A stretch of DNA of 64,000 nucleotides from positions 10,027,656 to 10,091,655 of the forward strand of contig NC_068988.1 in assembly GCF_001194135.2 (NCBI RefSeq), written 5' to 3'. This DNA is from Octopus bimaculoides (Eukaryota). The notes below the pieces were generated by a model. That model was not told the DNA's origin, did no database searches, and saw only the letters and a program-made list of their open reading frames with translations. Position numbers and translations under genes: made by a program. Shown in pieces: positions 25,542 through 39,911 of the stretch; the first letter of the stretch is position 1; each line of letters opens with the position of its first letter.

Positions 25542-26327
25542 AGTCTGTCTGTCTGTCTGTGTGTCTGTCTGTCTTTGTGTGTGTGTGCGTGTTTGTAGTA
25601 GGTATGTATGGATTTACATATTTCTTCCCGTTTCATTTTGATATGACAAGGAATGATTTTAACTGGTAGGATGTGTTTGAATGTGTGGAACATTATTCCG
25701 ACTTAATTAACCCTTAATCTTAGAGGTAAGGAAGTATTCTTTGATAAAACAATTGGAAACCATTGGAAACAAGTTTTGTAACAGAAGTGTAAATTATAAA
25801 TATTATATATGAATATATAGAAAGTCTCATGACCGGTGGTCATGTACACAGCGAATCTATATTGATATGAATGCTTGTATTTCATAGAGAACCATCATAG
25901 AATTTTTCATATGTCATGTAATTTCAAATTTGATATAATTTTCATATCCGATATAATATGTAATATCTGATAACATTGGAAATGCCTAAAATTCGTTGGT
26001 TTATGCAGGCAGCTACCAGCAATGAGTCATATCTGATATTAAAATTGCGTACGTTTGATGATAAAATTTGTGTTTCGATCGAGGTCTTTGTAGAGAGGGA
26101 AGCCAAATAATTAGGATTCATTTAGGATACGCTTACTTTGAAAATGTCTGCATGATAAACAGTTTATTTTATTTCACTACTGTTACTCATTTCAGCAATG
26201 AGTCCGTCACAAAGATCTAATGATTTTTAATATAATTATGGATTTAATGTACATTTACACTGGAATTAAATGTGCGAGATGGTCCCTAAGGTATTTAAAT
26301 ACAGCGATACATATATACATAGACAAT

Positions 26328-26385
<58 letters not shown>

Positions 26386-27491
26386 NNNNNNNNNNNNNNN
26401 NNNNNNNNNNNNNNNNNNNNNNNNNNNNNNNNNNNNNNNNNNNNNNNNNNNNNNNNNNNNNNNNNNNNNNNNNNNNNNNNNNNNNNNNNNNNNNNNNNNN
26501 NNNNNNNNNNNNNNNNNNNNNNNNNNNNNNNNNNNNNNNNNNNNNNNNNNNNNNNNNNNNNNNNNNNNNNNNNNNNNNNNNNNNNNNNNNNNNNNNNNNN
26601 NNNNNNNNNNNNNNNNNNNNNNNNNNNNNNNNNNNNNNNNNNNNNNNNNNNNNNNNNNNNNNNNNNNNNNNNNNNNNNNNNNNNNNNNNNNNNNNNNNNN
26701 NNNNNNNNNNNNNNNNNNNNNNNNNNNNNNNNNNNNNNNNNNNNNNNNNNNNNNNNNNNNNNNNNNNNNNNNNNNNNNNNNNNNNNNNNNNNNNNNNNNN
26801 NNNNNNNNNNNNNNNNNNNNNNNNNNNNNNNNNNNNNNNNNNNNNNNNNNNNNNNNNNNNNNNNNNNNNNNNNNNNNNNNNNNNNNNNNNNNNNNNNNNN
26901 NNNNNNNNNNNNNNNNNNNNNNNNNNNNNNNNNNNNNNNNNNNNNNNNNNNNNNNNNNNNNNNNNNNNNNNNNNNNNNNNNNNNNNNNNNNNNNNNNNNN
27001 NNNNNNNNNNNNNNNNNNNNNNNNNNNNNNNNNNNNNNNNNNNNNNNNNNNNNNNNNNNNNNNNNNNNNNNNNNNNNNNNNNNNNNNNNNNNNNNNNNNN
27101 NNNNNNNNNNNNNNNNNNNNNNNNNNNNNNNNNNNNNNNNNNNNNNNNNNNNNNNNNNNNNNNNNNNNNNNNNNNNNNNNNNNNNNNNNNNNNNNNNNTA
27201 TATATATATATTTATGTGTATTGTGTTTATATGTGTGTGTGTTGGTGTGTGTGTGTGTGTGCGCGCATATAGCGTTAGGAAAAAACATATTAATTTGATT
27301 GAATAATCTTCGTTTACATTTGTCATTTTGTCACAGACCTATTCGGATATTGCTTAGGCAGTTTCCTTGCATATCATCAATCTGCAGACCGAAGCAGTTA
27401 AGGTCTATTGAACAGTAATCTAAAATATTATTAGCTTTACCCATGAAGGTGGAGAGAATACAGGGCCATATATAATGAAAGTATTTCTTTA

Positions 27492-27543
<52 letters not shown>

Positions 27544-28491
27544 ATGTGCCCGCGTATGTGTATCAGGTTGAGTGAAAAGTCAAATTTTCATTGGCAACTT
27601 CTATCACCATGTTATATCATTAATTTGATACAACTTTTCAAATTGTTGCCTAATCGTTTATCCTTTATTATCATATAGCATATAGTCATTATTTGTTGAG
27701 TCTTTAATTCAAAGCTCTGGCAATGAGTGGTAACAATGTTGGTACTAGAGCTCCTACGTTGGCAGCAGAGTTTCGAACTCCACAAACCATCAGCAATCCA
27801 CAATTATATAAGCTTGGTCGTGGGAACAGACGCTGTCAAGTAGTTCCTAATTAACGAATAACCAAGCTCAGCGATATGTGAACATTTACAAACACTTTAA
27901 ATAAATAAATGCTATCGTACGTTCAACAACTAAAACATCGGCTGCAAAGCAAAATGATAATAAATGTTCAGTATTATATTTGCATTATAGTTAAGATGTA
28001 TCTGCAGTGTACAGTAAAACATTTCTACAAATAGTTTATTGTATAGCTAGAAGTATGTGCCACATTTAGTATAGAGCTTTTTCCAATAATATTTACTCAA
28101 TATATCAGCAATATATGATTTAAATATTCACTTTTGTAGGTTTTAGCGCTGAATTATGGAACATATGTATATCTAACTACAGAAATTATACGCCAGGTAT
28201 TTGCTTGTACGCTGCTCCAATACACCACATAGGTATTACAGCAATACTAGAACGTTCATATATACGTACATTACCTTTATAAGAATAATTAAAGTGTGCA
28301 TCACCATTATTGCATTCTCATCTTCACAGATCCTTAGATTTTGTAATAGCTAATATCTATTATAATGTTTTGCCGAATGTCCAGATTTCAGAGTAGCGCA
28401 TGAATATGTTGCTATTCAATATGTTGCATAGTTGTTATCGAAAATCTTGACGAATGCATTAGAATATAATAATTCACATATTGGAGCTTAC

Positions 28492-28670
28492 CTCAGGTAA
28501 AGAGATGAAACGAATTTAGTGGTATTTGCAGAATTCAACTAACCCAAATCAGACAATATGCCCTTTGATTTCTGAAGTAATAATACAGTTTTTCTAAAAT
28601 ATTAATTCCGCAAAAAGAAGCCCACAACAAATGAAAATGAATAGCGGATATCGATTTTCAGTCATCATCT
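28492..28670 (-). other. Candidate non-coding or 5'UTR exon (179 nt) with a 24-aa uORF
   Basis: Acceptor TTCATTTCCCATTTCTTACAG|AG; donor GAG|GTAAGC; ATG at exon position 3 encodes MMTENRYPLFIFICCGLLFAELIF*. Confidence 0.3.
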
Positions 28671-30907
28671 CTGTAAGAAATGGGAAATGAACCAAATCAG
28701 GTGCTCAATATAGAATTGCAGTAAATTGGGCTGGATGTAGTAACAGAACAGCTAGTAATAATGCACCGACATATGACAGTCATATTTTTTTATAAAATTC
28801 AAATGGATTTGAAGGAATATAAAATATCCAACGGAGGAAGATAAAAACATAGCTCTTCCTGATTTAATGCAAATGATAATCAGTTAGAAAGACATGGCAA
28901 TATTAACCTTATACGTGAAAGGCATTTTACTTCATGGCAGATATTTTATAATTTATGATGCTACGAGTATCAAATTCTAAAATGCAGATGAGGTCAATAC
29001 GTTAATGTGACCTACGTTAATTTCAATAAGCATTGGATTTGAATCTTTCGTTACCATCTTAAAGGGTACTGATTGTTCAATCTGAGAAAAATATTGTAAA
29101 ATTCATTTGTAAAAGCAAATGCGTCTTAAAGCATTAATTAATGCTTTAACTTAAATTATACCCCCATATTTTTGTGAATTTCTATATTTTCCCTTCAAGC
29201 ATTTAATTTTTGTTATTTATGTTTCTTCTAAAACACTTCTATTTTCGAATATTTAATTGTAGGAATATCTCTGAATATTTTACACAATATTATCAAAATA
29301 TGATTTACACTCTAGATATCATAGTATTAACGAAATGGATAACACTAGCTGTCTGACAAATATATATTGAATATATATACAAATTATGATAAAAGTGTTT
29401 TAAAATGTGATAAACTCATATGCGAAATAAATATAATGACGTAATACACAGCAAAAATATTTATGTTAAGTCTGAGAATACGTCCTCCCAATTTTTGTTT
29501 GATAATGGTTAGTTTATCTCATGTTTAAGGCACTAGAATTTGTATGCATCTTGAAATATTTTACTAGGAACAATGGCTATGTTCTCCAAATTTGTAGATA
29601 GATGATTGGTCATAAATCGGTTAGCATATAATATACATCTCAGTTTACATCTCAAAATATTTCGCGCTCAATAACAAGTAAGTTAAGTAAATAACTTGAA
29701 AAATCTATTTTAATTTTTTTTTCTTGTTATGAAAGACACGCCTGTTTTGAAGGACACGCCTAAAAAATATTGTTGTGGATATGCTTCCTTTTCTCATAAA
29801 AAAAACATTTATTTATTACTTGTTTATAAATTTATCGATGTATTTCTTCATCAATTTATTCCTTTATTTATGATATTACATTTTTTATAAATGCATGTTG
29901 TGTGCTATAGAAACTGAAATGCTTTTAATTTTGTTTGATATGTAAAAATACAGTCAAACCAAAATGTTTGCTTTCAATAGAATACGGTACGTTGTTGACG
30001 ATGATGATGTGGAGGAAAGGCATCATATTCACCACCATCATCACCATAATAATCATCACCACCATCAGCATCATCAACATGCATACGTGTTTCCGATATA
30101 AATCTGCGTAAAAATACGACGGTTATAAAACATGACCACATTTTGAAAGAAGTCAGTAATTTTAGATGCATCAATTTCCCTATCCAAATAAATTTAGGCA
30201 ATTCATATAAATTTACATATGCAATGTTTTTTTTACTTCTTTTGATGAATTGTAAAGTTATATTTACTTCTCCTACATATGTTCACACTATTTTCACACC
30301 ACTTTGTAGTTGATCATTGTACATTTCTGAATGCACCAGAGAACATTTCATGGTGATATAAACATACACCACTCTAACAGTGTCTTTCTTTGCTTTCCTT
30401 AAAGAAAACATGTGAACGTTAATTAATTTCAGAAATAAAGACTGAGTGAAGGATAAGGGGAAGAAAGAGTACTCAGAGCAATGTAAATACTTCGGATGAT
30501 TTTCAAAATGATGTGTTTGGCTGGTCGAGAAACATAATATTGAGTAGAAAGACATGATTATTTATGCTTTCCATATAGATTTAGGGAAAGAACTATGCAG
30601 CAAGATTTTACTTGTCCAACAGTTTTATTAAATTTCAAAGCGACAAAATTTGACCTTAAAACAAGGAAGCACTAGAGCTGCCGCAAGCGAATCGAAGTGA
30701 TTTTTTCATAAGAATTCTTAGCGTAGCCTACACTGAATTATGTCTACAGAGGTCAGTGCAGATGTCAAATATCAGATCTATTCTGCTGCATATCTGCATT
30801 AAAATTTTGAAAGTAATAAGTTTCAAGACTGTTGGAGTCAAATATATTCGAGGTTAAGTTTCGTTGATTGCAATTTTTCTTCACGTAAATGAAATAGATT
30901 TCACTTT

Positions 30908-30908
<1 letters not shown>

Positions 30909-30997
<89 letters not shown>

Positions 30998-31000
30998 CAC
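30909..31000. repeat. (CA)n microsatellite
   Basis: Directly visible. Confidence 0.95.
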
Positions 31001-34000
31001 AAACAAGCACGTCTGCGTGCGTGTCTGTACAAAAGTGTGTGTGTGTGTAAGTATATATGTATACATATGCATGCAGGTATGTATGTACGTATGTATACAC
31101 ATACGTAGACACTTCGATGGATATATAATTGAGAAGCTGTTTAAGCAGCTTGCGTCATTCTCTTGCTATCAAATGTTTAACGTATTTTTTATTCTCTTTT
31201 TCACAGTTCATACTTTCAAAGCTATTACATTTTAATAGCAAAGTTTCAGAAGGAACATTTCATCCTACTCCTGATACAATTTATTTCTTTTGCTACGATT
31301 ACAGAGAGCATTACTTAAATATAGATGTTCTTCTATATACTGGAAGGAAGAAAAACTTATGTGAATGCTGAAACGAAAATGCTTGCATTGAAAATGCAAT
31401 TGAACTCATTTAAGTTACTTTTTCTTATATTTACAAAACCATTATGTTATTGAGTTCTTAACTGTCTAATATGTTATTCGCAGAATTTAAAAGAAAAAAA
31501 AAATACGTCATTGGATTACATAATGGAATTAACACAAATATATTTTGTTAAATACTTACAAACCATACTGACACTTTTAAACACCCAGACACACATGACA
31601 CACATATATATATGTATGGAAGTATGTATGTACCTACGTAGGGATGGATGGATTGATAGATGGATGTGCGTGTATTATATACGTTTATATATATATATTT
31701 AAACATATATAGGAATATATAGATGTATACGAAAATGCATAATGGTATATATATATATATATATNNNNNNNNNNNNNNNNNNNNNNNNNNNNNNNNNNNN
31801 NNNNNNNNNNNNNNNNNNNNNNNNNNNNNNNNNNNNNNNNNNNNNNNNNNNNNNNNNNNNNNNNNNNNNNNNNNNNNNNNNNNNNNNNNNNNNNNNNNNN
31901 NNNNNNNTATATAGACGTGTGAATGTGTATGTAGAAATATACATACGCATCTTTTCATATCTATATATATATATATATTTCGAAATATATATATATATAT
32001 GTATTTACACACACACGCACGCATGCTTGCACACACACACACACACACACACATACACACACACACACAACTCAAGACTAAATGTGTTTTCGGGAGCGTA
32101 AAAGCACGACATAAAAGCACACAAAAAGACACATGTATGCATGCATTGATATTTGTTGTTTTTTTTGTGTCTGCAAATGAGAATAAGAGAGGGGGAGAGG
32201 GGGAGAGAAAGAGAGAACGATAAAATGATGGGAGGTGCGTAATTGATCAGCACAATGTTTCATATCAGATTTCTTGTTGAAGCGATTCTGTTTTTCATAT
32301 GCTTTTCTAGATTCCAATTATTTTCATTACATTATTCAATGGATTTTCTACAAAAATTCTTCAACACTTCCTCACCTATATTGACAATGGGCGTTATCAA
32401 GTGTTATATTCTACCACTAACGTTGGAAAACAATATTTTAATGATTATTTTGTTTATATGACATCTGCATTCAGATGCAGTACAAGCTCTCAGTTACATA
32501 AAACTGCTTCCGTTTACAAGTGTACACCTTAACAGTCTATCTTTTCGTAGCTTAACAGACCGTCTTTTATACGACTTTATTTAATATCACGTACACTGCA
32601 TGAAGGACAGTGCTCCAGTATCGATTACAAATGATGTACTTTATAGGTAACTTGGATATATAATCTGAAATATGGTTGTCTGTTCAAAGAAATGTAAGAA
32701 GTGGTTAGAGTTTTGTGAAAAAAATTGAGCTCTTGAAGGTTTGTAATACTGTAAAAGCGATATAAAATTTATTTCAAATAGCAGAATACAGGATGACTTC
32801 ACATGGGATGTAAAAATGCTCACAAATCAAGAAGAGATTGCTCACGTAAGGATTTTAATTTAGCTTCTATAATCTTAGCGATTTTGTCAGATTTCGCATG
32901 ATTCTCCACGTTTGAGATTAAAGAAGAATGTTTTCAATCCGAAATAAAAAAAAATGAGGGGCAACAAATTAAAATTTTAGATATGCTTTTCTAATAATTG
33001 TTTGTTGATTGCCATTAAACTAATACTACATGGAAATATGTGCCGTAACCACTCTTTGTATTAGTATACATGTCAAACAAAATATATAGTACTAAATAAA
33101 ATCCAGTAAGAATTTAACAAGTTTTGATCTCTTCATAGCTATTTTTGTCGCATGATATGGTAAATACTTATTGAGATTTACTAATATTCTCTATTATTAT
33201 AAATATGTTTCTGAAATATATTGCCTTTGGAAATGGTCTGTATGTTTAGTGACATAAAGTCGGTAAAATTTACGATTCAAATTTAAAAGATTGTGCATTA
33301 CGAAGATAATCCAGGCACATAGGGAGTATAATAATTTACGCTGTGGAAATAACGCATTTGTCATATCTTTAATTCCTTTATTTTGAGTATTTCTAATTCA
33401 ATTATGCCTAGTTATAAGCGGACGCCTCGGTATTCATTCCGTTTATATTCAATTTCACCATCTCCATCTTTCGTTACTCTGCATACAATATGCCTACATG
33501 CTACATACAACGCGAATGTAGCTTATTGCTAGGACAATTCACTTTCTCTTCCTATGAATCTTTAATGAATCCTTCAATATGACTGACCTTCATTCATAAT
33601 GTAAATTATACCGTATTTGCAAGTAGCACAATCTATGCAGCAACACACAATGGTTTTACAGTTATTGCTAAATTATTGATGACCGCAGATTCGCGATTCT
33701 TTGTTGAATGAAACACTTCTATGGTTGTATTGATGACTTAAAGAAAATCCGAATCACCTGTCTTTAATATATGTCTACACAAATTGCGTATTACCGTTAT
33801 CCGAAAATTGCGTAGTCTCGAAAAATACCGAGGGTGACAAGCGATTTAGATTTATATATAACAAAATACATAAAATATATACTATTGCATCTCAACTTTC
33901 AGGAAAAAAGCATTCACATTGATGACAATAATTGTGTGAATAATGGCTTAATGTTGAAAAATGCTGACGTTTGTTTAATTGCTTCTACAATGTTACCGAT

Positions 34001-34041
34001 ACAAGTACATATATGAAGGTATATTTCAACTATTAACAGCA

Positions 34042-34089
<48 letters not shown>

Positions 34090-34129
34090 GTTATCTCCCC
34101 CTTTCTTAGCTCTCCTGAAAAAAGAATTT

Positions 34130-34343
34130 CTAACTTCCGGTCAGCCATTGTTATGATCGGCCATTATTATGATTGACCGTTGACTGAACACTATTCAATT
34201 TTTTTTCTCCGTGTTTTTCTCCTTGTCTCCGTATTCTTTCTGTTGAAGAGCGTAGCTCGAAACGTCAAAGACTTTCCGTATTCCCGAGCGTCATACTAAT
34301 ATATCCTTTTGTTATTTACACCACCTGTCCTCGTCTGTTGTTA
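34130..34343 (+). mobile_element. Penelope-like element terminal (pLTR) fragment running into a gap
   Basis: TGAAGAGCGTAGCTCGAAACGTC hallmark followed by a T-rich tail; a different family from the 14.7-kb copy. Confidence 0.55.
34235..34271 (+). ncRNA. Minimal hammerhead-like motif with variant core (CUGUUGA)
   Basis: UCUUU-CUGUUGA-A-GAGC(GUA)GCUC-GAAA-CGUC-AAAGA: perfect stems I and II and a GUC triplet, but core A6 is U. Confidence 0.55.
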
Positions 34344-35172
34344 NNNNNNNNNNNNNNNNNNNNNNNNNNNNNNNNNNNNNNNNNNNNNNNNNNNNNNNNN
34401 NNNNNNNNNNNNNNNNNNNNNNNNNNNNNNNNNNNNNNNNNNNNNNNNNNNNNNNNNNNNNNNNNNNNNNNNNNNNNNNNNNNNNNNNNNNNNNNNNNNN
34501 NNNNNNNNNNNNNNNNNNNNNNNNNNNNNNNNNNNNNNNNNNNNNNNNNNNNNNNNNNNNNNNNNNNNNNNNNNNNNNNNNNNNNNNNNNNNNNNNNNNN
34601 NNNNNNNNNNNNNNNNNNNNNNNNNNNNNNNNNNNNNNNNNNNNNNNNNNNNNNNNNNNNNNNNNNNNNNNNNNNNNNNNNNNNNNNNNNNNNNNNNNNN
34701 NNNNNNNNNNNNNNNNNNNNNNNNNNNNNNNNNNNNNNNNNNNNNNNNNNNNNNNNNNNNNNNNNNNNNNNNNNNNNNNNNNNNNNNNNNNNNNNNNNNN
34801 NNNNNNNNNNNNNNNNNNNNNNNNNNNNNNNNNNNNNNNNNNNNNNNNNNNNNNNNNNNNNNNNNNNNNNNNNNNNNNNNNNNNNNNNNNNNNNNNNNNN
34901 NNNNNNNNNNNNNNNNNNNNNNNNNNNNNNNNNNNNNNNNNNNNNNNNNNNNNNNNNNNNNNNNNNNNNNNNNNNNNNNNNNNNNNNNNNNNNNNNNNNN
35001 NNNNNNNNNNNNNNNNNNNNNNNNNNNNNNNNNNNNNNNNNNNNNNNNNNNNNNNNNNNNNNNNNNNNNNNNNNNNNNNNNNNNNNNNNNNNNNNNNNNN
35101 NNNNNNNNNNNNNNNNNNNNNNNNNNNNNNNNNNNNNNNNNNNNNNNNNNNNNNNNNNNACACACACATATA

Positions 35173-35209
<37 letters not shown>

Positions 35210-36974
35210 GCTTATACACACACACACACATATATATATATATTTATATCTGTAGATATATGTGTTGTATGAATGTGTGTGCGTGCGTCCGTTGTCGTGT
35301 ATATGCTTGTATATATGCATTTATTTATATATATACGCATATTTATACGAAGTCTCAAAACATAGTTTTCTTTTCTAAATCATTTGTGGCTGTAATGTCT
35401 TAATGAAAATTTATTATGAAACGAGACTATTGCAGTTGTCATCGCAAAGATATAGAAGTTATGAGCAGAAGATAAACATATTGTAAAGGGCTGCTTCTCG
35501 AAATGTATATTCGAAATACATTTTGCATGCTTTAGTCATATCATGAAGGTCAACGGTACCGAGGGGGGATTTTCCCCATGCACCAAAATTGACACGAAAT
35601 CTTGCAGCACAGTTTATGCATCAAGACAACTTAATGAATATTTGGTTGTATTAATTAAATTGTGAGATATTATTCCGAGAGGAGATATATTTTCTCCACA
35701 GATTTTCCCGCAATTTGAGAGCATACGAATTTAGACAAACCAATTTGGAAGTTAGTAAAAATCACTAGAATCATTAGAATAAGATGTCGCTTGATGCCAC
35801 TTGAAAGATTGGAACACTATCTTAGCTCATCCTTGATTAGGTAGCCATCCTTGCTGATATTGATTTCTCAAATATTCATACAGCCATTTAACTATTACTA
35901 TACTGCTACGTATATAACAGAAAGCTATACTGAAACACTGTTAGACTCTGACGACAACATAAAGCGGTAGTGATGTTACGGAATTATTAATTAGCATCAA
36001 TACACGTAGCATTAGTAATAAAACTTAAATATTTGCAAATGCTCAACTAGATGTCATCTTCTATTGTCGTCTCCAGTGACAAACTGCTGTGTGCGAAAAT
36101 AGATAATCTTATCTAATTTCAAATAAACTATTATGACACGTAATACATTGAAAAATCACCCGCCCGAGCTATCAACTTTATACTCTTGATAAGAACCAGT
36201 ATCATTACTGCTATTCACCTGTGTCTTACTTTCTCTCCAATTTTTATGTGTCCATTAACTAAAATTTATAGCGACATATCCATTAACTTATTCAAATGAA
36301 ACAACCATCGCTTTCACTGTTTTTTTTTCTTGTTTCTTTTTTTTTTTGTTCGAAGTGAGGTGTTCGTACTTATTTATTTATTTTCGCTAGCTATCTTCTA
36401 GGAATGCAATACCATTCTGAAATGACTCTTTCTCTTCTATTTCGTTTTATATTTTTTTTCTAATGTCAGAACATTTTATCATTTCTGCTCATACGCCAAG
36501 TTGAAATTATGTATTAGAACAACCTTAAAGCAAGAAAAAATTCATGAATAATGAAATACAAATCATTAGCGGAATAAAAGTTTCGTGGTTATATGTATAG
36601 CTATGCATTCATATTACTTTCTGTATGTGCTCATGTGCCCAAAGGCATTTTGTTCTTACACATATATAACTGACTTCATATGTACTTAATATAAGCGTAT
36701 ACAGTCACATGAAACAAAATCAAAAACATACAAGTTAATTATCTTCTTAGAAAGAAAACAAGCTTCTATTACGATGTTATATATGACTGGTACGCATTTT
36801 TATCGGCTGCGGCAAAAATAAGAACAAAGCCCCCCGTGTTTCTATATAAAATATGAAGTGAATGGAAATAAATTAAGTAGTTAAATGCAACTTTCTGAGC
36901 AGATCCCAGTATCCACAGGTTAACAAGATATATTTGACACGTGATTAAAAATGTGACAAGGAATAGGTTATAGG

Positions 36975-37405
36975 TAATACTGGCTTCAAATTTTAGTACA
37001 AGACCAGCAATTAAGGGAGAGTGTGTTGGTCGATTACATCAGTAATCCAGTTCAACTGTACGTATTTTGTGGACCCTGGAAGTAAAAAAAGCGCAAAGCG
37101 GACCACTGCGGAATTTGAACTCAGGATATAAAGACTGAGGAAATGCCACTAAGCCCTTTACTCAGCGTTCTAACCATTCAGCCACCTCACCGCTTTGATT
37201 ATGGGTAATATCGTTTTCAGATTTTGACGCAGGGCCAGTAATTTGGTGGAAGGGCTTAAGTCGATTACATCGACTCCTTGTACACAACTGGTGTTTATTT
37301 TATCGACCACGAAAGGACGAAAGGCAAAGTCGACCACGGTGGAATTTGTACTCAGAAAGTAAAAACGGAGGATATGCTGCTAATGATTCTGCCAACTCGC
37401 CGAAT
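36975..37405 (-). mobile_element. Two tandem diverged copies of SINE family A
   Basis: GTCGATTACATC...GGAATTTGAACTCAG...CACCTCACCGC, then GTCGATTACATCGAC...TTTATCGACC..GAAAGG..AAAGGCAAAGTCGACC...CTGCCAACTCGCCG. Confidence 0.8.
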
Positions 37406-39196
37406 TGGTTATGGGTAATATTATGGGTAATATTAACTTCTACTCATTTCTTCAAGATACGAAAGAATACAAAGCAGACCATAACAATACGAAAAATGAA
37501 ATTTCTTTAATACGATGAAGAAAGATATGAAACTATAAAAACAGAAGGGAGACATGAAAATAAGTTAATGGTCTCACTCAAAATATTATATAAACGTTTA
37601 ATATAATTTGTAGTATATTATAATTGCAGAACGAAATACTGCAACCCTACAAATTATTAATATTTACATACCAGCTTCCAGGAATGTGTTTAATATGTAA
37701 AATTGGTAAAGCCAAAAGCATTAAGCCGCTATATTTAGTGACTGTTCAAGAAATGTCTTCGTAGATGATTATGGGGTTAAATGGGTGCTAATGAAGGAGC
37801 AAAATCTCCTGAAGTATGGCATATACGCCCTTTAACCTTTTCTTATCTTCGATTCCTTTGTTTGTGTACATCTGAGGTCTCGGATACGAAACGTTGTAAC
37901 AAAAACCAGTACTGCCTGTAATTTCTGTAGAATGCCTGTAGCGATAACCGTAACGAGTGATGTAAAGCGCACTGCAAACACTGTAGAACATGGTATTGAC
38001 TTATAAAATAAGTTTAATATGCTTTATAATACGCTATGCTTGCGTAACGAAATATCGCGCCCTAAGTGTACGGAATAATTTTAAATCAGTTTGTTTCCAT
38101 AGATTACTTAGTGTCTTCGATGTTTCTGTACAAATTACTTCCTATAGATTGTTCATTTTCATAGTTATGAGGAGGAACATATCTATTTTATGTTTTCTTG
38201 TATACTATCAAACATACATACATACAGCCGGCCGCCAACACTTTGTTCTGCAAAATAGGGGTAGCTAATCCTGTTCAGGCTATATTATTAGCATTATCCT
38301 GCGTTTGAGAATTTAAAATCACTTCTTTCAATTTCTAAGACATCTCAACGCTTCTAAAGCAAGCAACGTGTTTCCTCAGCGTCTATCTATGCACAATACA
38401 CAAGAATGTTCATTGTGTTGTGACTTAGCAGAATTGTAGCTGAGAACTATACCTGTACTTTTAAAAGGAACAATGGAAACATATTGATTAACAGCGGTAA
38501 AATATTGATCACAGAGCGAGTTTAAATGCGATCGCTTAAAAAATATACCAAGTAGAATTAAGACCACTCACAAATTGTCTCCCAAATTCTCAGAAAAATG
38601 AAGCAAACACTGAATAATGTCACGTCGGGCACTCACTAAATAGGACAAGAATTATGAGAATGATTTTAATCATATAGGTTCGGAGGATTATTTTGGTTCT
38701 AAGAAGCACACATACATCCCAAACGGAGCAACTTTATTGGGATTTTGACTCGCTACAAGTAGCGACCAAAATCTTAAATGAAGAAGACGGATAATTAAAA
38801 ATAAACGAACATATAAAAGGATGTAAGAGAAGTGACAGCAAGTGTCGGGAATCATTTTATTCCCGGAATGCTATTTCCCGAAAAATCACAACGACAAACA
38901 AGAAGAACAATTTTGTTGAACATACAAACGAATGATGTACTACGGTGTCACCTACATCACTTCATTTATATTGTAAATCTGACAATGTGCAGACGCAGAT
39001 GTCAGTGATAGCATAGCGTTTCATGGCACAGTCAATGACAAACACAAACGTTTAAGTACTTCATCTGACAGACATCAATATTTTTAGCCATATTTACTAT
39101 GCTAAGGAGACGGAAGAGTAGTGTGTGTATGTATTCATACATATACTATTCATACAAGTACATACGCATATACAAGCATAGCTGAAAAGCTACATG

Positions 39197-39270
<74 letters not shown>

Positions 39271-39719
39271 TACATGTATGCATTTGTATGAGAATTATGT
39301 ATGCAGGTATGTACGTGTGTATATATGATGTATTCATCTGTGATATTTGGTTGCATCTAAATACATGGCACAGTATTAAATAACGACATTTCAAAATTTC
39401 CCTAAGGTACATCCTACATTAAATGTATATAGAATTATTCACTCTACCATATTCAACGTTGTGAACTGAATATCATTTTTAATTCATTGAAATTAGAAAT
39501 AAAGAGAGGAGAAAAGTCAATAAATTTAATTAATATTCACCTGAAAACTGGAAAAAATTGAAAAGTTATGCATTTAAGTCGCCTAAAATTTATCTGGAGA
39601 TATTCAAATGGGAAGGTGAGAATGCTCTATTTTCTGAGCTATTTCTCTATCCTTGAATCTAATTTGACCCAACTAATGATACTCAGCTATTATAATATGG
39701 AGTTTTAATTCTCTCACAA

Positions 39720-39911
39720 GCCAACGAATTCCAGAGAAATGTTTAAGTCGATTACATCGACCCCAATACTCGTTTGGTACTTATTTTATCCACCCGGAGG
39801 ATTAGAAGGCAGATCCGACTCCATTAAAATTTATGCTGGGAACGTAACGATAGACGAAATACCGCCAAGCATTTTGCTCAGCCGGTTATGATTTAGACAT
39901 TTTGCCGCCTA
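39720..39911 (-). mobile_element. Degraded SINE family A copy
   Basis: AAGTCGATTACATCGACCCCA...GGTACTTATTTTATC...GACGAAATACCGCCAAGCATTTTGC...GCCGCCT. Confidence 0.8.

Noticed and set aside
29981-30101. His-rich open frame (RYVVDDDDVEERHHIHHHHHH...) after an AG
   Set aside because: Best explained as a decayed (GAT)/(CAT) microsatellite, which is abundant in this window; no supporting upstream exon
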